From Paraspadella gotoi (Eukaryota; Animalia; Chaetognatha), in NCBI GenBank assembly GCA_051294375.1, contig CM119266.1, forward strand, positions 15,924,018-15,988,017: DNA of 64,000 nt, given 5' to 3'. The first letter of the stretch is position 1. Every line of letters starts with the position of its first letter. This document shows positions 1-12,436 of this stretch, piece by piece. Below the pieces are notes generated by a model. It saw nothing but the letters and a program-made list of their open reading frames with translations. It had not been told where the DNA came from and ran no database searches. A program made the translations under genes and the position numbers.

Positions 1-148
1 CACTAAAAATAAATAATTGAGGAAGGGTGAAGGTTTTGAAGAAATGGCAGAAACGGGGGGAGGGAAAGGGGGGGGCGGCGGTCGTAAGCAAGAATCGCGC
101 ATTCTGGGTTTTCGGCCATCAATTTGACCGATGACCGTGACAGTTATT

Positions 149-195
149 TCTCTCTCTCTTTTATCTCTCTTCTCTCTCTCTCTCTCTCTTCTTCT

Positions 196-229
<34 letters not shown>
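149..229. repeat. (CT)n/(GA)n microsatellite, representative of dozens across the window (e.g. 3383-3458, 8611-8680, 14579-14660, 48287-48340, 62728-62808)
   Basis: Dinucleotide runs read directly. They generate the spurious SLSLSL/ERERER ORFs in the track. Confidence 0.97.
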
Positions 230-1044
230 GCCGCCGACAGAGAAACCAATTTCGCCAAAAGGAGAAAAAAGTGATTTTTGAGTCTGACAAAGTGAAATGG
301 ACGGAGAAAAGGAAAAAGAGAGTGGAAGAGGGAGAGGGAGAAAAAGGCTAAAGATCCCATCCTTGAACATTGGACCCCGTTTCGTTGCTCTTGACGACGA
401 AAAACGCGCGCCAATTGTTTGGTCACCATCGGGTGAAGGGGGAGAGAGGGGGCGGAAGCGTCTAAAGGGGGGGAGTAGATTTTAAGGTAGAAGAAACGAT
501 GTGAAAATACTCTCACAAATCCTCCAGATTCTGAGGAATAGATTTAAGTTTAACTTTAAGGTTCATCCGAAAAATAGAAAACACCTTAGACGTGCATTCC
601 CGAGATTGTGCGTGCCGGCAAAACCGTGATGGGGGGATTCGGGAGGCTGGGTCGAGGGCGCGGTCGCGTCGTGAGAGAAATTTCCGTCAGGTCAAAGCGA
701 CGGGAAATTTCGAGCGGCGACGACGAACGACGTTTCCACGTTCGACGTGTTTATGTCGACACAATTTCGCGGGGTCACCCTCGAACGCGCCTTTCGCTGC
801 AGAGGCACCCCTTTCGTGTCTCCCCACCAACTCGCCCTCTATTCGACTCAGACTCACTTCTTCGACATTTTTTTAGAGAAAAAAAAATTTCACTCACCTC
901 TCAACTATTTAACATACAAAATTACTTACATCATATTTTTTTTTTCAATATGAACCTAAAAGTTAAATGTCGTCTAGTTTTAAATCGAAGTCGTATCGTT
1001 TTTTATTTGTTTAATTTTTTTTTTCTTTCGTTCTACATTGAAAT

Positions 1045-1401
1045 ATGAAACGCCTTTTTTTATTTTTCCAAATTTTAATTCTCGTAAACTGCATCCCGGA
1101 AAGGCCGAGCACCTGCAAATCTAGTCATTTCTGCACCCGACACAAGTAATCTAAGACAAAATCAATACGCCTCCCCCCCCCAAAAAAAAAATGATTTATA
1201 AATTTGATTGCGTCCCCGTTTTGTCTCCAAAGCCCGGATCTTAAAATCTGCTGCATTCGTAAAAAGCCTTTTCATCTCTGCCTGAAAGACAAGGCCGAGT
1301 GCCCCAAGTACAAATGCGCCAAATGTTCTTCGCCGTCGATTCCACGCGCCTCCTCGTCTTCGCAGCGACGATCGCCTCCGTGGGCCGTCGGGATGCTTTA
1401 A
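1045..1401 (+). CDS. Small secreted cysteine-rich peptide, 89 aa, two exons, knottin/toxin-like C-C-CC-C-C-C-C framework
   Basis: Exon 1 is 1045-1145, the intron 1146-1232 (GTAATC...TCTCCAAAG, 87 nt) and exon 2 1233-1401; phases are compatible. Product: MKRLFLFFQILILVNC-IPERPSTCKSSHFCTRHNPDLKICCIRKKPFHLCLKDKAECPKYKCAKCSSPSIPRASSSSQRRSPPWAVGML. A basic-hydrophobic signal peptide is followed by 8 Cys. There is no homology or expression support. Confidence 0.55.
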
Positions 1402-1905
1402 AGGGCGGGACGCGGGGATACAATCGGCCTGGACTCAATACCTTGAAATCTAACGTAGTCTATTTGAGGAAACAAGTTGTATAATATTATATATATATTG
1501 TGTAATGTACAATAATTATTATGAATTCGGTTTTGTTCCGTATCGTAATTTGTATTGTTATATTTTGAAAGACAATGGATTAAAGGAAAGAGTGCGCCTA
1601 CGTAGAATATTTAAAACGTGCCGGAAATTTTACAAAGCGAAATTAGAATATTATAATTTTTAAATGAAAAAAAAAGATAATGTTTAATTCTGAATCTCTG
1701 ATTCGGATGAAATACAAAGTGATCCGAAATGAAATTGCTTGCGTGCATTGCGGAGAATGCGTAAAATAAAATTTTTAGCGTTTTAACTCATGTCTTACGT
1801 TTTAAAAATTACAAACTACTAAAATTTAAATTCAATTTAAACGATTTCTTTCTGGTAAAATCTTTACATCATTTCTTACGGTAACAAGGCTCTACTTCTC
1901 TCCCC

Positions 1906-3123
1906 TCACGACTGGTTTTCTTCTTTGACGCCTTGGATTTTCGATTTCCTCTGACGTCCGCTCAGCGCGCTGCTGCATTTTTTGACGAGGAATTCTAGAA
2001 ACTCGACAAGGGTCATGACGGAGGCGCCGACCATGAGACCCAGAAACCCGCCGATCTGGGAGAAAAGATCGTCCAACCTCATCGAGGGTACTTGGGTGAC
2101 CCTCATTAGTCGAAACTCGCGGCTCGTCCAAGAGACTCGCGTCCAGTCGTAGTTTTTAATTTTTTCTGGTTTTCTCTTTGAAGAGTGGACCGTTTGGACG
2201 AGTTGAAAATCCATTGAGAGGTGCTCGTCCTTGCAGACTCCGACGCATCGTCGCTTCGATTCCTTATCTTTGTGAAGTTTACCGCAGCCGCATTCTATCC
2301 CGGCAGGAAAAGAAGTCGCGTTCTGCTCCCAGCCGCAGCCGAATCGCGAGAGATTGTTCCAGCCTCCGTCGACGTCGACAACCTCCAGCAGCTCGTCGTA
2401 CTTGTCGTAGCAGTTGGAACGCGCCCTTAGCGTAGACAATTGACACATGTCCTTGCAATGCGCGTAGTTGTAGCCCGGGAATCGAGGTCGCACGCCTTCG
2501 GGATAGTCGTCCGCGTACTTGCCGCCAGAGTCGGTACGAAACTGCAGCAGACGAAGGTTCTTTGGTCGAAGTTCCAGCTTTCGGATTTGAGGCGTCAACT
2601 CGATCAGTCCGTCGGAATGGACGAATGGCTCCTCATCAAACCAGGAGAGATAAAGGTCCAGCCCGTCTAGCCCATTCCAGTAGATCTTAACGGCGGGCGT
2701 GGGTGGAGTCTTGTGACACAAGCTAAAATCGGAAAAGAACCGATATTCGCCCGTGCGGAAAAGAAAAGGACGAAGACGGGGCGTTTCAGAGACTTCCGTT
2801 TTGTTCTTCCAATCGAAAGAGATTCGGACGGCGTCGAGGACGGAGAGGTTCCTACCCGGATCTCTGGCGCAGAAGATGAAGCGAGGGAACGCCCCTCGCG
2901 TCGTCCAGACGCCATCTTTGTCCGTCAAACGGATTTTCTCCACATCGACGACGCTCTTGACGTTCGTCGGGTCCTTGTACTTAATGACCAAAATGACGAC
3001 CAGGGCGACGAATCCTCCGTAAAATAACAGGCAGATTGCCAGCCAGACGCGACGGAACAGGCGCTCGCCCTTGGTCACGCGAGACAGCCCATGGGCCGAT
3101 GTCGTCTGCAGGAATGTCTCCAT
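1906..3123 (-). CDS. DEG/ENaC (ASIC-family) channel subunit A, intronless, 405 aa
   Basis: N-terminal TSAHGL (HG gating motif), TM1 VWLAICLLFYGGFVALVVILVI, FPRFIFC (FPAVTxC equivalent), thumb YNYAHCKDMC, and TM2 LFSQIGGFLGLMVGASVMTLVEFLE with the GAS filter. Confidence 0.93.
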   Translation of the reverse strand: METFLQTTSAHGLSRVTKGERLFRRVWLAICLLFYGGFVALVVILVIKYKDPTNVKSVVDVEKIRLTDKDGVWTTRGAFPRFIFCARDPGRNLSVLDAVRISFDWKNKTEVSETPRLRPFLFRTGEYRFFSDFSLCHKTPPTPAVKIYWNGLDGLDLYLSWFDEEPFVHSDGLIELTPQIRKLELRPKNLRLLQFRTDSGGKYADDYPEGVRPRFPGYNYAHCKDMCQLSTLRARSNCYDKYDELLEVVDVDGGWNNLSRFGCGWEQNATSFPAGIECGCGKLHKDKESKRRCVGVCKDEHLSMDFQLVQTVHSSKRKPEKIKNYDWTRVSWTSREFRLMRVTQVPSMRLDDLFSQIGGFLGLMVGASVMTLVEFLEFLVKKCSSALSGRQRKSKIQGVKEENQS

Positions 3124-3389
3124 GACCGAAATTGCGAACGGGAAAAAATGAATTTCCGACGAAGGTTGAAAATAGTTTGGTTGTAGTATATCGATTTTTT
3201 TTCAGATGGAACTCAAAACACCGATATGTAACTAGAGCTTACACACTTTGCAGTTGTAAATTGAAAAAAGGAAATTCGATACTAAGTCTGTTAAAGACGC
3301 GATAGTTCTTAGTTAATCTGAAATTGGTTTCGCAAATGAATGAAATGAATTTATCCCGATTTCTGTCTGTCCGACTGTATCATTCTCTT

Positions 3390-3462
<73 letters not shown>

Positions 3463-3650
3463 CTAACAACAGGAAAAGACTAATGTTCTGTGTGTTAAAA
3501 TTTCTATTTCAAGTGATTGCAAAAGTTATGGATAAAAAACACAGTGAAAGGTGTAAACTCTAAAGCAATGAAAGAATATCAAAAAAAAAAATTGAAATAA
3601 ATATATAAGAATTAATATTCAATTTTGTATCTCCTTCCCTTTTACACGTT

Positions 3651-4862
3651 TTACAAAATTTGAAGCTTTCTATTTTCGTTCATCCACTCGATAAATCTGA
3701 ATATAAGGATCTCGATGCACTCAAAAAGTGTAACTATCGATGCGCCTATGAGAAGACCCAAGAATCCACCAATCTGCGAGAACAGATCATCAGATCGCAT
3801 TTTTGGCCTCTGACTTATCGTCAGCACTCTCATTAATCTTTCTTTCAACACCAAAAGTGTTTTGCTGCTATTTTTTTCCCACCAAAAATTGTCTGCTTGT
3901 AGTTGAAAGTCGAACGCAATATTCTCTTTTTGGCAACTTTTATCACAGAACAATTTCAGTTTCATACGCCGCTTTTGCTTTTTATAACAAAATATTTTTG
4001 CGGGAAGTTCGCCTTCCTCCGTTTTAGATTTCCATTGGCAACCAAACCGATCAATTTGAGGGTGGAGATTTTTTAAGAGCTGCTTATACCGAGATTTGAT
4101 TGTATTATTTTCCGTCATTCGATTCAGATAACAGACATCTCGGCAATGATGGTTATTGTAGTCGGCAAAATATGTATTCAAACCAGCGGGGTACTTATCT
4201 GTATAATTGCTTCTTTTTGACACATGGTAGTTTATTCTAACAATATTGAGAAATCGGATGTTCACTTTCCTCATAGAGGATGCGATTTCAACTTTTCTAT
4301 AATGAATAAATGAATCTTTTAAACCAAACGCCATATACAGATCCAGCGCATCAATTTTGCCCCAGACGATTCTCACCTTTAAATAGAAAAATATACATTA
4401 AAAAGTTTTTATTGAAAAATCAAAACTTTTTTTTCAATGCCTCACCTTTTCAGTCGCATTTTTAACTATATGGCACAATCCATATGCTCCAAAAAAACTG
4501 TATTTGTATGCCTTGAATGGAGTCAACTTCATCGTCAGATTAACTGCAAATTTTGAGCCGGAATCAAAAGTTTCTATCTTAGTGTCGGCGAAGTCCATCG
4601 GCTTCCGCTGTGTGTTCGGCGCGCAGAGAACGAAATGAGGAAAGGTCTCTGACCAGAACCAACGATTGTATTCCTTCCAGAGGCGCAGATCTTCGACTGA
4701 GATGTCGTTGTCCACGTTGGTTGGATCGTTAAACTTGGAGATTAGAACAAAGACAGCGTAAGCCATGCCGCCGTAGAGGCCTGTGTAGACCAACATCCAG
4801 AACATCTTTCTTGCTTTTGAGCTCTTTTTGAATTTTTTCGAACATTGACGGCACGACTTCAT
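3651..4862 (-). CDS. DEG/ENaC subunit B, two exons, 380 aa
   Basis: Exon 1 is 4862-4446, a phase-0 intron 4445-4377 (GTGAGG...TTTAAAG, 69 nt), and exon 2 4376-3651. TM1, FPHFVLC, YNNHHCRDVC and TM2 LFSQIGGFLGLLIGASIVTLFE are colinear with subunit A. No HG motif before TM1. Confidence 0.9.
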
Positions 4863-5081
4863 TTTTTTTGCGTCAAAAAAAAGAAGAATATAAGCGAAAT
4901 GTACCTTGTTTATCGGAAAATTGTGCTGGTGAATTAAAGGAAAGGTGCAAAGAGTTAAATGTTAAGTGTTAAATGTCAAACAATCAAAATGACTGACAAA
5001 TCAAATGCAACAAAATTTTTTTTATTTCCGCAATTCTCAGTTCCACTTTATGCAATAAATAAAAGTTTGAATAAAAACTTT

Positions 5082-6300
5082 TTATTCTTTGTTCTCATTT
5101 TCGAGATCTCTGACTTTTCGACGCATCTTGTGAACCAAACCAACGGAACCCAGAACTATCACTTCCATCACCTCTACTAAGCTGAGTAGAGAGTACCCGA
5201 TCAAGAGTCCCAGAAACCCACCGACTTGAGAAAACAAATCATCGAGCCGCATCTTTGGCACCTGACTGATCTGCAAACTTCTTATCATTCTGTCCTCAAA
5301 CCGAAGCAAGGATGTAGTCGAATTTTCTTTTTGCTCTGAAACCTCCGCTTGCAATTGAAAATCAAAATCCACATTTTGGGGTCGACACAAGTCCGCGCAG
5401 GTTTGTCTGCCTTTCAAACTTTTTTTACACCCGGTGCGACAATAAATCAGCCAAGGAAGTTGCTTGTCGGGAAGCATATCTTTCCACTTGCAACCATAGC
5501 GGTCAATCCTAGCGTCGTATGTTCGCAAAAGAGCATCATAACGTTTCCAGCATCCCTCTGTCTTGTTCATGTGGTTCATCAAGCAGACGTCTCGGCAGTG
5601 ATTTGTGTTGTAGATGGAATGATAGGGTTTGATGCCCGGTGGATATTGGTCGGTGTATCTGCTCCTCGGTGACAGGTGAAAGTTCAGTTGAACAGGGTTT
5701 GTTGGTCGGATGCTTATTTCTTTCATCAAAGAAGAAATTTTAAAGCGACGATTCGGAATGAATGGCTCATTGGGCTCGAAAGACATGTAAACATCGAGTG
5801 ACTTGATTTTGTTCCAAAAAATTAGGACCTAAAAGTATTAAGAAGTGACCACCAAAGTTTAAACCTTTCATTTATAATTTAAATTTATTTTTCTAGTCAC
5901 TCACCCCTTCGGTCAAGTCCTTGACTCGGTGGCACCATCCAAAGGAGCCGAAATACTTGTACCTGTCCATTTGAAAAGCTGTCAAATGCATTGTGAGATT
6001 GTAGCTTGCGAAGGTTTTGCCCCGGGATCCCAGCAACTCGATCCTTGTGTCCTCGTATTCCTCGACCTGCCGGTTTGCGTCGGGCGCGCAGAGGACGAAG
6101 CGAGGGAACTTTCCTTGCGAGATCCATCGACCTCCGCTCGACGACAATTTGATTCCCTCAACGGAGATTTCGTAGTCGACGTAGGCGGGGTCTCGGAACT
6201 TAATGACGAGGATGTAGACCGCGTAAAGCATACCTCCATAGAGGGCGCCGTGAACTAAGATCCAGAAAATCTTTCGCACCTTCGACGTCGACGGCGTCAT
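5082..6300 (-). CDS. DEG/ENaC subunit C, two exons, 380 aa
   Basis: Exon 1 is 6300-5905, a phase-0 intron 5904-5829 (GTGAGT...TTTTAG, 76 nt) at the same position as in B, and exon 2 5828-5082. It has FPRFVLC, YNTNHCRDVC and TM2 LFSQVGGFLGLLIGYSLLSLVE (GYS filter). No HG motif, and an in-frame stop lies upstream of the ATG. Confidence 0.9.
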
Positions 6301-6434
6301 CGTCGCCTTGGAGATGAATTTAAAGCGCGTGATCGATGGAGGTCATTATCGCGGAAAGAATTTGCCAACAATTAATTGAATTCGAATTAATACTCAACGT
6401 TATCACAGTTTAATTAAATTTAGCCGTCTCATAG

Positions 6435-6572
6435 CAAAGCAGTATAATAATCGATATATCAAATATATTTCAATACAAAAAAATAAGAATCAAATAGTTT
6501 GTTCTTCATATTACATTCTATGCCGCGAAGAAATGATAATGAAATCTATTTTGCTCCATTCCATTAAATGGT
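6435..6572 (+). repeat. 138-nt direct copy of the palindrome spacer (14938-15075)
   Basis: Manual alignment gives the same length, 6 substitutions and no indels. It ends exactly at the N gap. Confidence 0.95.
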
Positions 6573-6597
6573 NNNNNNNNNNNNNNNNNNNNNNNNN
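6573..6597. other. Assembly gap, 25 N
   Basis: Run of n. A fixed 25-N length is typical of long-read gap-filling placeholders, and a second one lies at 59111-59135. Confidence 0.99.
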
Positions 6598-7200
6598 GCG
6601 AAGTCGGTTTACCTCTCGCTCCTGTTTCGGTAATTTCCCAAATAATTAATTCGTAGTTACGTAATTTTCAAAGTTGTTTTTTTATTTAGATTCAACAACA
6701 GTGGCCATAAATTTGAAGGTTGAAATTTTTCCCTCCGGATAAAATACAAATTTATCGTCCTTGGTGGATGACGAGCCGATCAAAGACCGGAGTCTACTTG
6801 AATCAGGCAATGCTACTGTAACTCTGTATTTCCTCAACTCGTTCAAGTTGCTTTTGTAAAAATATTCGCATGGGAGCCATCTACCGTCGAAAGTTTTATG
6901 GTAATTCTCGCCATACCGAAATATAGTATATATAATTTTCTTGCTATTAGTTTTTTCATAATTTTATATAGATCGATGAAAAACAAAAGAACAACGCCTG
7001 CGGGTCTTGTTCGAGAAAAAATATCATATGTCCCGAACCCACTCTTGATTCGTTGGCGGAAGCGATTTCCAAAAGTCCACTGGGCAGACTCGTTGAGATG
7101 TTGAAATGAAGATAACAATAATGACACCAATATGCCTTCAAAAGTAAGAAGTTTTTGGAAGAGGTGAGATATCTATGTTTGCATCGGATATTAATACTGA
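6598..7200 (+). pseudogene. Truncated, frameshifted mirror copy of the degenerate F-type lectin gene (part of exon 2 to exon 4), likely artefact
   Basis: Reverse complement of about 22848-23461. Exon 1 is absent because the arm begins inside exon 2. Confidence 0.6.
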
Positions 7201-8610
7201 TTCAACAAAAAATAACTTTCATTTACCACAGTTATGAATGGTAAAAAATCTTATTTCGGAACATCGCCAACTTTATTAATTCACTCTTAATCATTTAAGA
7301 AGATTACGGCGTTCTCAAATAAAAATTTTAATTAGTAATTGTACAATTACGCGATTTCCACGCTCAATATTCAAGCCTCACTTATAATTTCCCCGACACA
7401 TTTATAAGATATTTTCACTTTATATTTATTATATTTAATTATTTACATTTATTAGATTCTCACTTATAATTTCCCCGTCACATTTAATTAGATAAATAAT
7501 AAATAAATTAAAGGCTCGTTGACGCACCTTCTTTTCCGATCTGACTGTAACTCCACTTCTCCTAGTTTCTCTCTTCCCACCTCTTCTTCCCCTTCCGCGC
7601 CGGCTTTAAACACATTCCAGGACCTGGTTTCACGTGGAAATACCAAAGAAAAGGTAAACTTTCGTTCGGAGCTTCAGACTAGAACTCTCTATCGTTTATC
7701 CGGATTATCGGTCGTCGACACCCAGAGCTTCCACTCAAAATCTTTCGCATCCCCCTTTTTTATTTGTCTCTTTTGATGTCTTTACTAACCTTCCTCCCAT
7801 TTTTTTTTACCTCCCACGAACCAAAGACTTTTTTTCGAATGGTCAAAACAATAACCTTCACTCTTTGTCTCCCCCTTAATTGAACGCTTTTCGATTTCAG
7901 TGTTATCATTTATATCAAAGTATACAATTCCCGATTTAAATCGAAGTTTTATTTGTTATATTTATATTTCTGCGTTGGATCACAAAAAAGTTTGTATCAC
8001 ACTTTTCATTATGAATGAATCTTTGTTCACCATCGCCCCCAGCCCAGCTCTATTGAGGCAGGTGCAAGTGCCGCCTTATTGACCTCGAAAGAAGCTTTCA
8101 CTTTTTTCAGGAAATTTTTTTTTAAACGCAACGTCGAGTTAAGAGTCAAAATTTAAAATCGAATCTGAGGCCGAGAGGAAAAAAGAATGTTAATGAAAAT
8201 GCGAGCGGTATAATAACGATAGCTAACATATAACCGTATTTCCAGAGCATTTCTCGAATTTCACGCGACAAAATTATCGATGGCGATGGATAAGTCATTG
8301 AAATTTCCCACTGAAATATTAACCTTGAATCAGGGTCGGTGCAGTAAATAAAAAAAATTAATTAATCATTTATTTAAATTATTTAATTTTACAATAGAGT
8401 CCACCCGCGACCCCTTCGTCATTACTATGTGCGAAATTAACATTATTCAATTCAGTTATGTATATATGTATATGTAAGTATATACTTAAAAAAAATTACT
8501 TTCTCAGACTTAAAGGTTCTAGATTCTTGATAAAAATTTGGGGCTTCGAATTTTTGAAACATTCCTTTGAATCTGATTCAACGCAAGTTCCTCATCTCTT
8601 CCTCTTTAAT

Positions 8611-8686
<76 letters not shown>

Positions 8687-8790
8687 CTCTTTTGATATCA
8701 CATTCCTCACGGCCACTTTCACGTGTGAATTGGGACTCGAATCCTTTTCGTAAGATTTTCCGTCTCGTCTCTCTCTCTCTCTCTCAACTC

Positions 8791-8859
<69 letters not shown>

Positions 8860-9167
8860 GTGCTCTCTCTCCTAAGGGATTTTTCTTCATCGACCTGGAA
8901 AATTGACCAGAAAATGATTCGTTTTCGTGGTTGGAAAAACTAAGAAAGGCTGATTGCGTCGACAAGAGGCGGAACGATGATATCTTTAGCTTAACTCAAC
9001 TGAAAAAAAATGTAATGAGTATATTTAAACGATTTAAGGTTTTAATTACTTCACTGAACGTTTCAATGATCTAGCATGATCATGCAAGATTATAATTATT
9101 AAACAATATCTATGGTAGGAATAAATTTACTGATTGAATTATATTGCAATATTTTATCACATATTTT

Positions 9168-11159
9168 TTACGAGCATTCTTTTCGAGAATCTTCGCGAGA
9201 AATCCGACATCAAGCGCGTCGAAGTTGTCGGCCATGAAGACGTGGTCGTTGTGCCGCCACTGATGGCGTTCAACTCGTCGACGCTGACCCATTCCCGATA
9301 CCCACGACGAAGATTTCCACGCCCTTCTCCCGCAGCATTTGCGTATACTTTTTAATCTTGGGCATCTCCACACTCGTACGGTCGTCGGTCCGTCAACGAA
9401 GACGAACAGGGACTTGGCACGTCTTCTCCGACATCCGTGCCTCGTGGAGGAACTCTTTGGCGCCTTTTCCACGGCGCTTCCGGTCAGGGTGAAGCCGGGT
9501 TGCTTCTTGCTGTGGCGGATTCGAGCGACGAGCCCCTCCTTTCCCTTTGCCGAAGAATCGCGGAAGTGGATGAGCTCTTGGAACCTGTGGTTGAACTGGC
9601 GAAGGCGACCCTCCCTGTTGGGCGCCGAGGGACATCTTCTCAACACTTTGCCGATGAAGTTCTTCGCCCGTTCGTAATTAGCGGGAGTAACGCTCGAGCT
9701 CACGTCTAGCAGGAACATGGCGTCGAGCTTCTCTGGAACTCCGGAGCTCGTGACCACGTGACGACACTTCTTCTCGCAAGTGACGCCGAGAAAGGCGCCG
9801 CTGCACTTGCAGGTGAAGGCGAGGCCGTGGGAAGACAGACACCGCCGTTCTTGCAAGGGGGCGTTGACGCAAGGATCCGCGCGAGTTCCGCAATTGGCAC
9901 CCTTAAAAAAGTTTTTTCTTTCTTTGTTTCTTTCTTGTTTGTGTCTTCTTTCTTTCTTTTTCTTTCTTTATTTTTTTCTTTATTTTTTTTTATATTCTTT
10001 TTTATCTATTTCTTTATTTCTTTCCTTTTTAATACGTATTTATTCTTAAAAATGTATTATCTTTTGTTTATAATTCATATTATTGTTATTAATGAAGATT
10101 TTCTTTTATCTTTATTACTTTATTAATTCATCTTTGAGTAAATTTGTTTATAAATCGTTCTGAAACTTCTACCTTAAATCCGGGCGCGCATTTGCAGGTA
10201 GCTTTAACTCCATCCCACTGACACTTCCCCAGGTTATAACATTTCATGGACTTCGTCAGGCACGGGTTCGCAACTTGGCAAGTCTTGCCAGAATAAGCTT
10301 TGCCGCATTTCGCAGCTAAGTCTTTGCCATTGGGATGGCACTTCCCGCCGTCGACACGGCTTCGAATTGCACGGATTCACGACGCGCGTTGACAAATAAA
10401 ACGCATCCTAAATGTTTGTTGGTTCGTTTTATAATATAATATACCAAATCGGCAGTATTTTTCCTCTTTTCTTTCGTCAATCAATACAAACTTGTTAGGC
10501 GCACTGGTCGTCGTTCCACCCATTGTTGGAATCGAGTTGCGTCATGCAATCTTCCGATCCGCGAAAGAGATGCCAAGGAAACCCCTCCCGTTGTCGGTCT
10601 CCCTCGATCCAGTGGCCCTGGACGGGCTACCATCCGTCTCACGTAAAAACTCGTTCACCTTCCCGCCGATCCAGAATGCGTCGCCCCATTTCGTGAATAC
10701 TGGAGCCACGTGTTTGGGTCCAAAGAGGATAAAGGCGTTTTTGTAGGCAATCGTAGGTCTGCAAATGACAAGGTTTGAAGTTGGACCATTAAATAACAAC
10801 TTTCGCGATCTCAATGATTTTCCTGTTTTCTAGGTAAAGCGTCTAAATCCTTTTATCAAACTTAAATTGTTAAATCGTGAAAACATTTAACGATGATCAT
10901 AAGCGCAATCACCCGAATTACCTGTTAGGATTGCTCTCGATGCGTTGTTGCAAAAAACTATAGAACCTCCTGCGTGCTTGGATTGGCCAGATGCCCGCCC
11001 TCTCGCCGACATGTAGCGGCGGCTTCGTCCCAGTTCTGTCGAACCTCGTAGAACCGGAAGCAAAAGTTTCTCGGGCCGTCACATAATTGAGCGGGCATTT
11101 GGCTGCGACTTGCCCACGACAACCCCGACGAGGGCGACGACAAGCACAGGAAAATTCAT
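9168..11159 (-). pseudogene. Frameshifted mirror copy of the CTL-EGF-vWA gene, likely sequencing-error copy rather than a true pseudogene
   Basis: It encodes the same peptides as 18881-20901 (KLDAMFLLDVSSSV, DHVFMADNFDALDVGFL), broken mostly by 1-nt deletions with few substitutions. Confidence 0.8.
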
Positions 11160-11610
11160 GTTCGCGATAGAATCTGTCTGATAGCAGCGACGGCAAAGTG
11201 GTCTGTTTTATACCTATTATCGCGAAAAACTTTGTTGACCTGTCACAATGTTTGTTCTTAGTTTTTTCCCCCCTGGCCTCCGCGCCGTCTTTCTATTTAC
11301 AATAAGTGGGCCGCCTTTCTTTAAACGTCACTTAACTTTTCATTGTTTGATTTAACTATGAAAGTTTCGAAAGACAAAAGTTCGTGAAAAATCGAATTAT
11401 TTCTCTGGCAGGACCGATAATTGAATCGAGATCTCTCTCATTTTTAGCGAGACAGGTAGGACTTTACGGAAACTCTTTTCGTTTTTTTTTTTTTAAATTG
11501 ACTCATCGCGCGAGAGAAATTACTTTATTACCTTAAGCAGAAGCGCGTTTTATAGAGTAGAAGTTCGTGCGGGAGTTAATTTTTTTTTCATCTCCAAACC
11601 ACCTGTGGTA

Positions 11611-11716
<106 letters not shown>

Positions 11717-12358
11717 CAAATCCCTAAAGCGTAACAACTAATATGCTTCGCCTCGTTAAGATTCACGCGAATTTCTTTCCCGAAAAAATTTGGGTGATGA
11801 TCGAGAAATTTGATCTAAAACCTGAGAAGAACTCGGGGAAAAGTTATTCCCCCATCCCTCCCCGCTTTTCTCGTTATGAGCCGTTAGTATAAAAAAGTTT
11901 CTTCATTTTATTATTTGATGTTCGAAAAATGAAAGGAAAAAAAGGTGACTTTAGTTGGCGAAAAATAATTTGTAGCTTTCATACTATGGAAATCTTTTAC
12001 CTAAATTTAAAGTAGCGTTCGATTAGTTACAAATTTTCCGGGACATTTTGAAAGTTTCGACCTTTTAAATTTAAGTCGAACAAAAACTTATCCAAATTTC
12101 GGTTCCGACCCATCCCACAACAACAACAACATCACTACAACAACCATCGTTCTCTTATCTCGTCCAGTGAATCTCCCTCGCCGAAGTCGCGGGTAAGTCT
12201 CGAGTTTCTCACCCAGATTTTGATTCCCGTGGAGGTTAATCCATCACGAGTCAAAACATCCCCAGGTGGACGACGCGTGGGGGGGGGGAGGGGTAGAAGG
12301 GGCCGGCCGACGGTCAAGGAGGTCGAAGGTCGAGAAGGTCGAAACCTCTGGAGGATTT

Positions 12359-12436
<78 letters not shown>

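Noticed and set aside
2178-3027. Plus-strand ORFs overlapping DEG/ENaC A, and similar shadow ORFs over the vWA and cadherin exons
   Set aside because: Antisense or off-frame shadows of GC-rich coding sequence.
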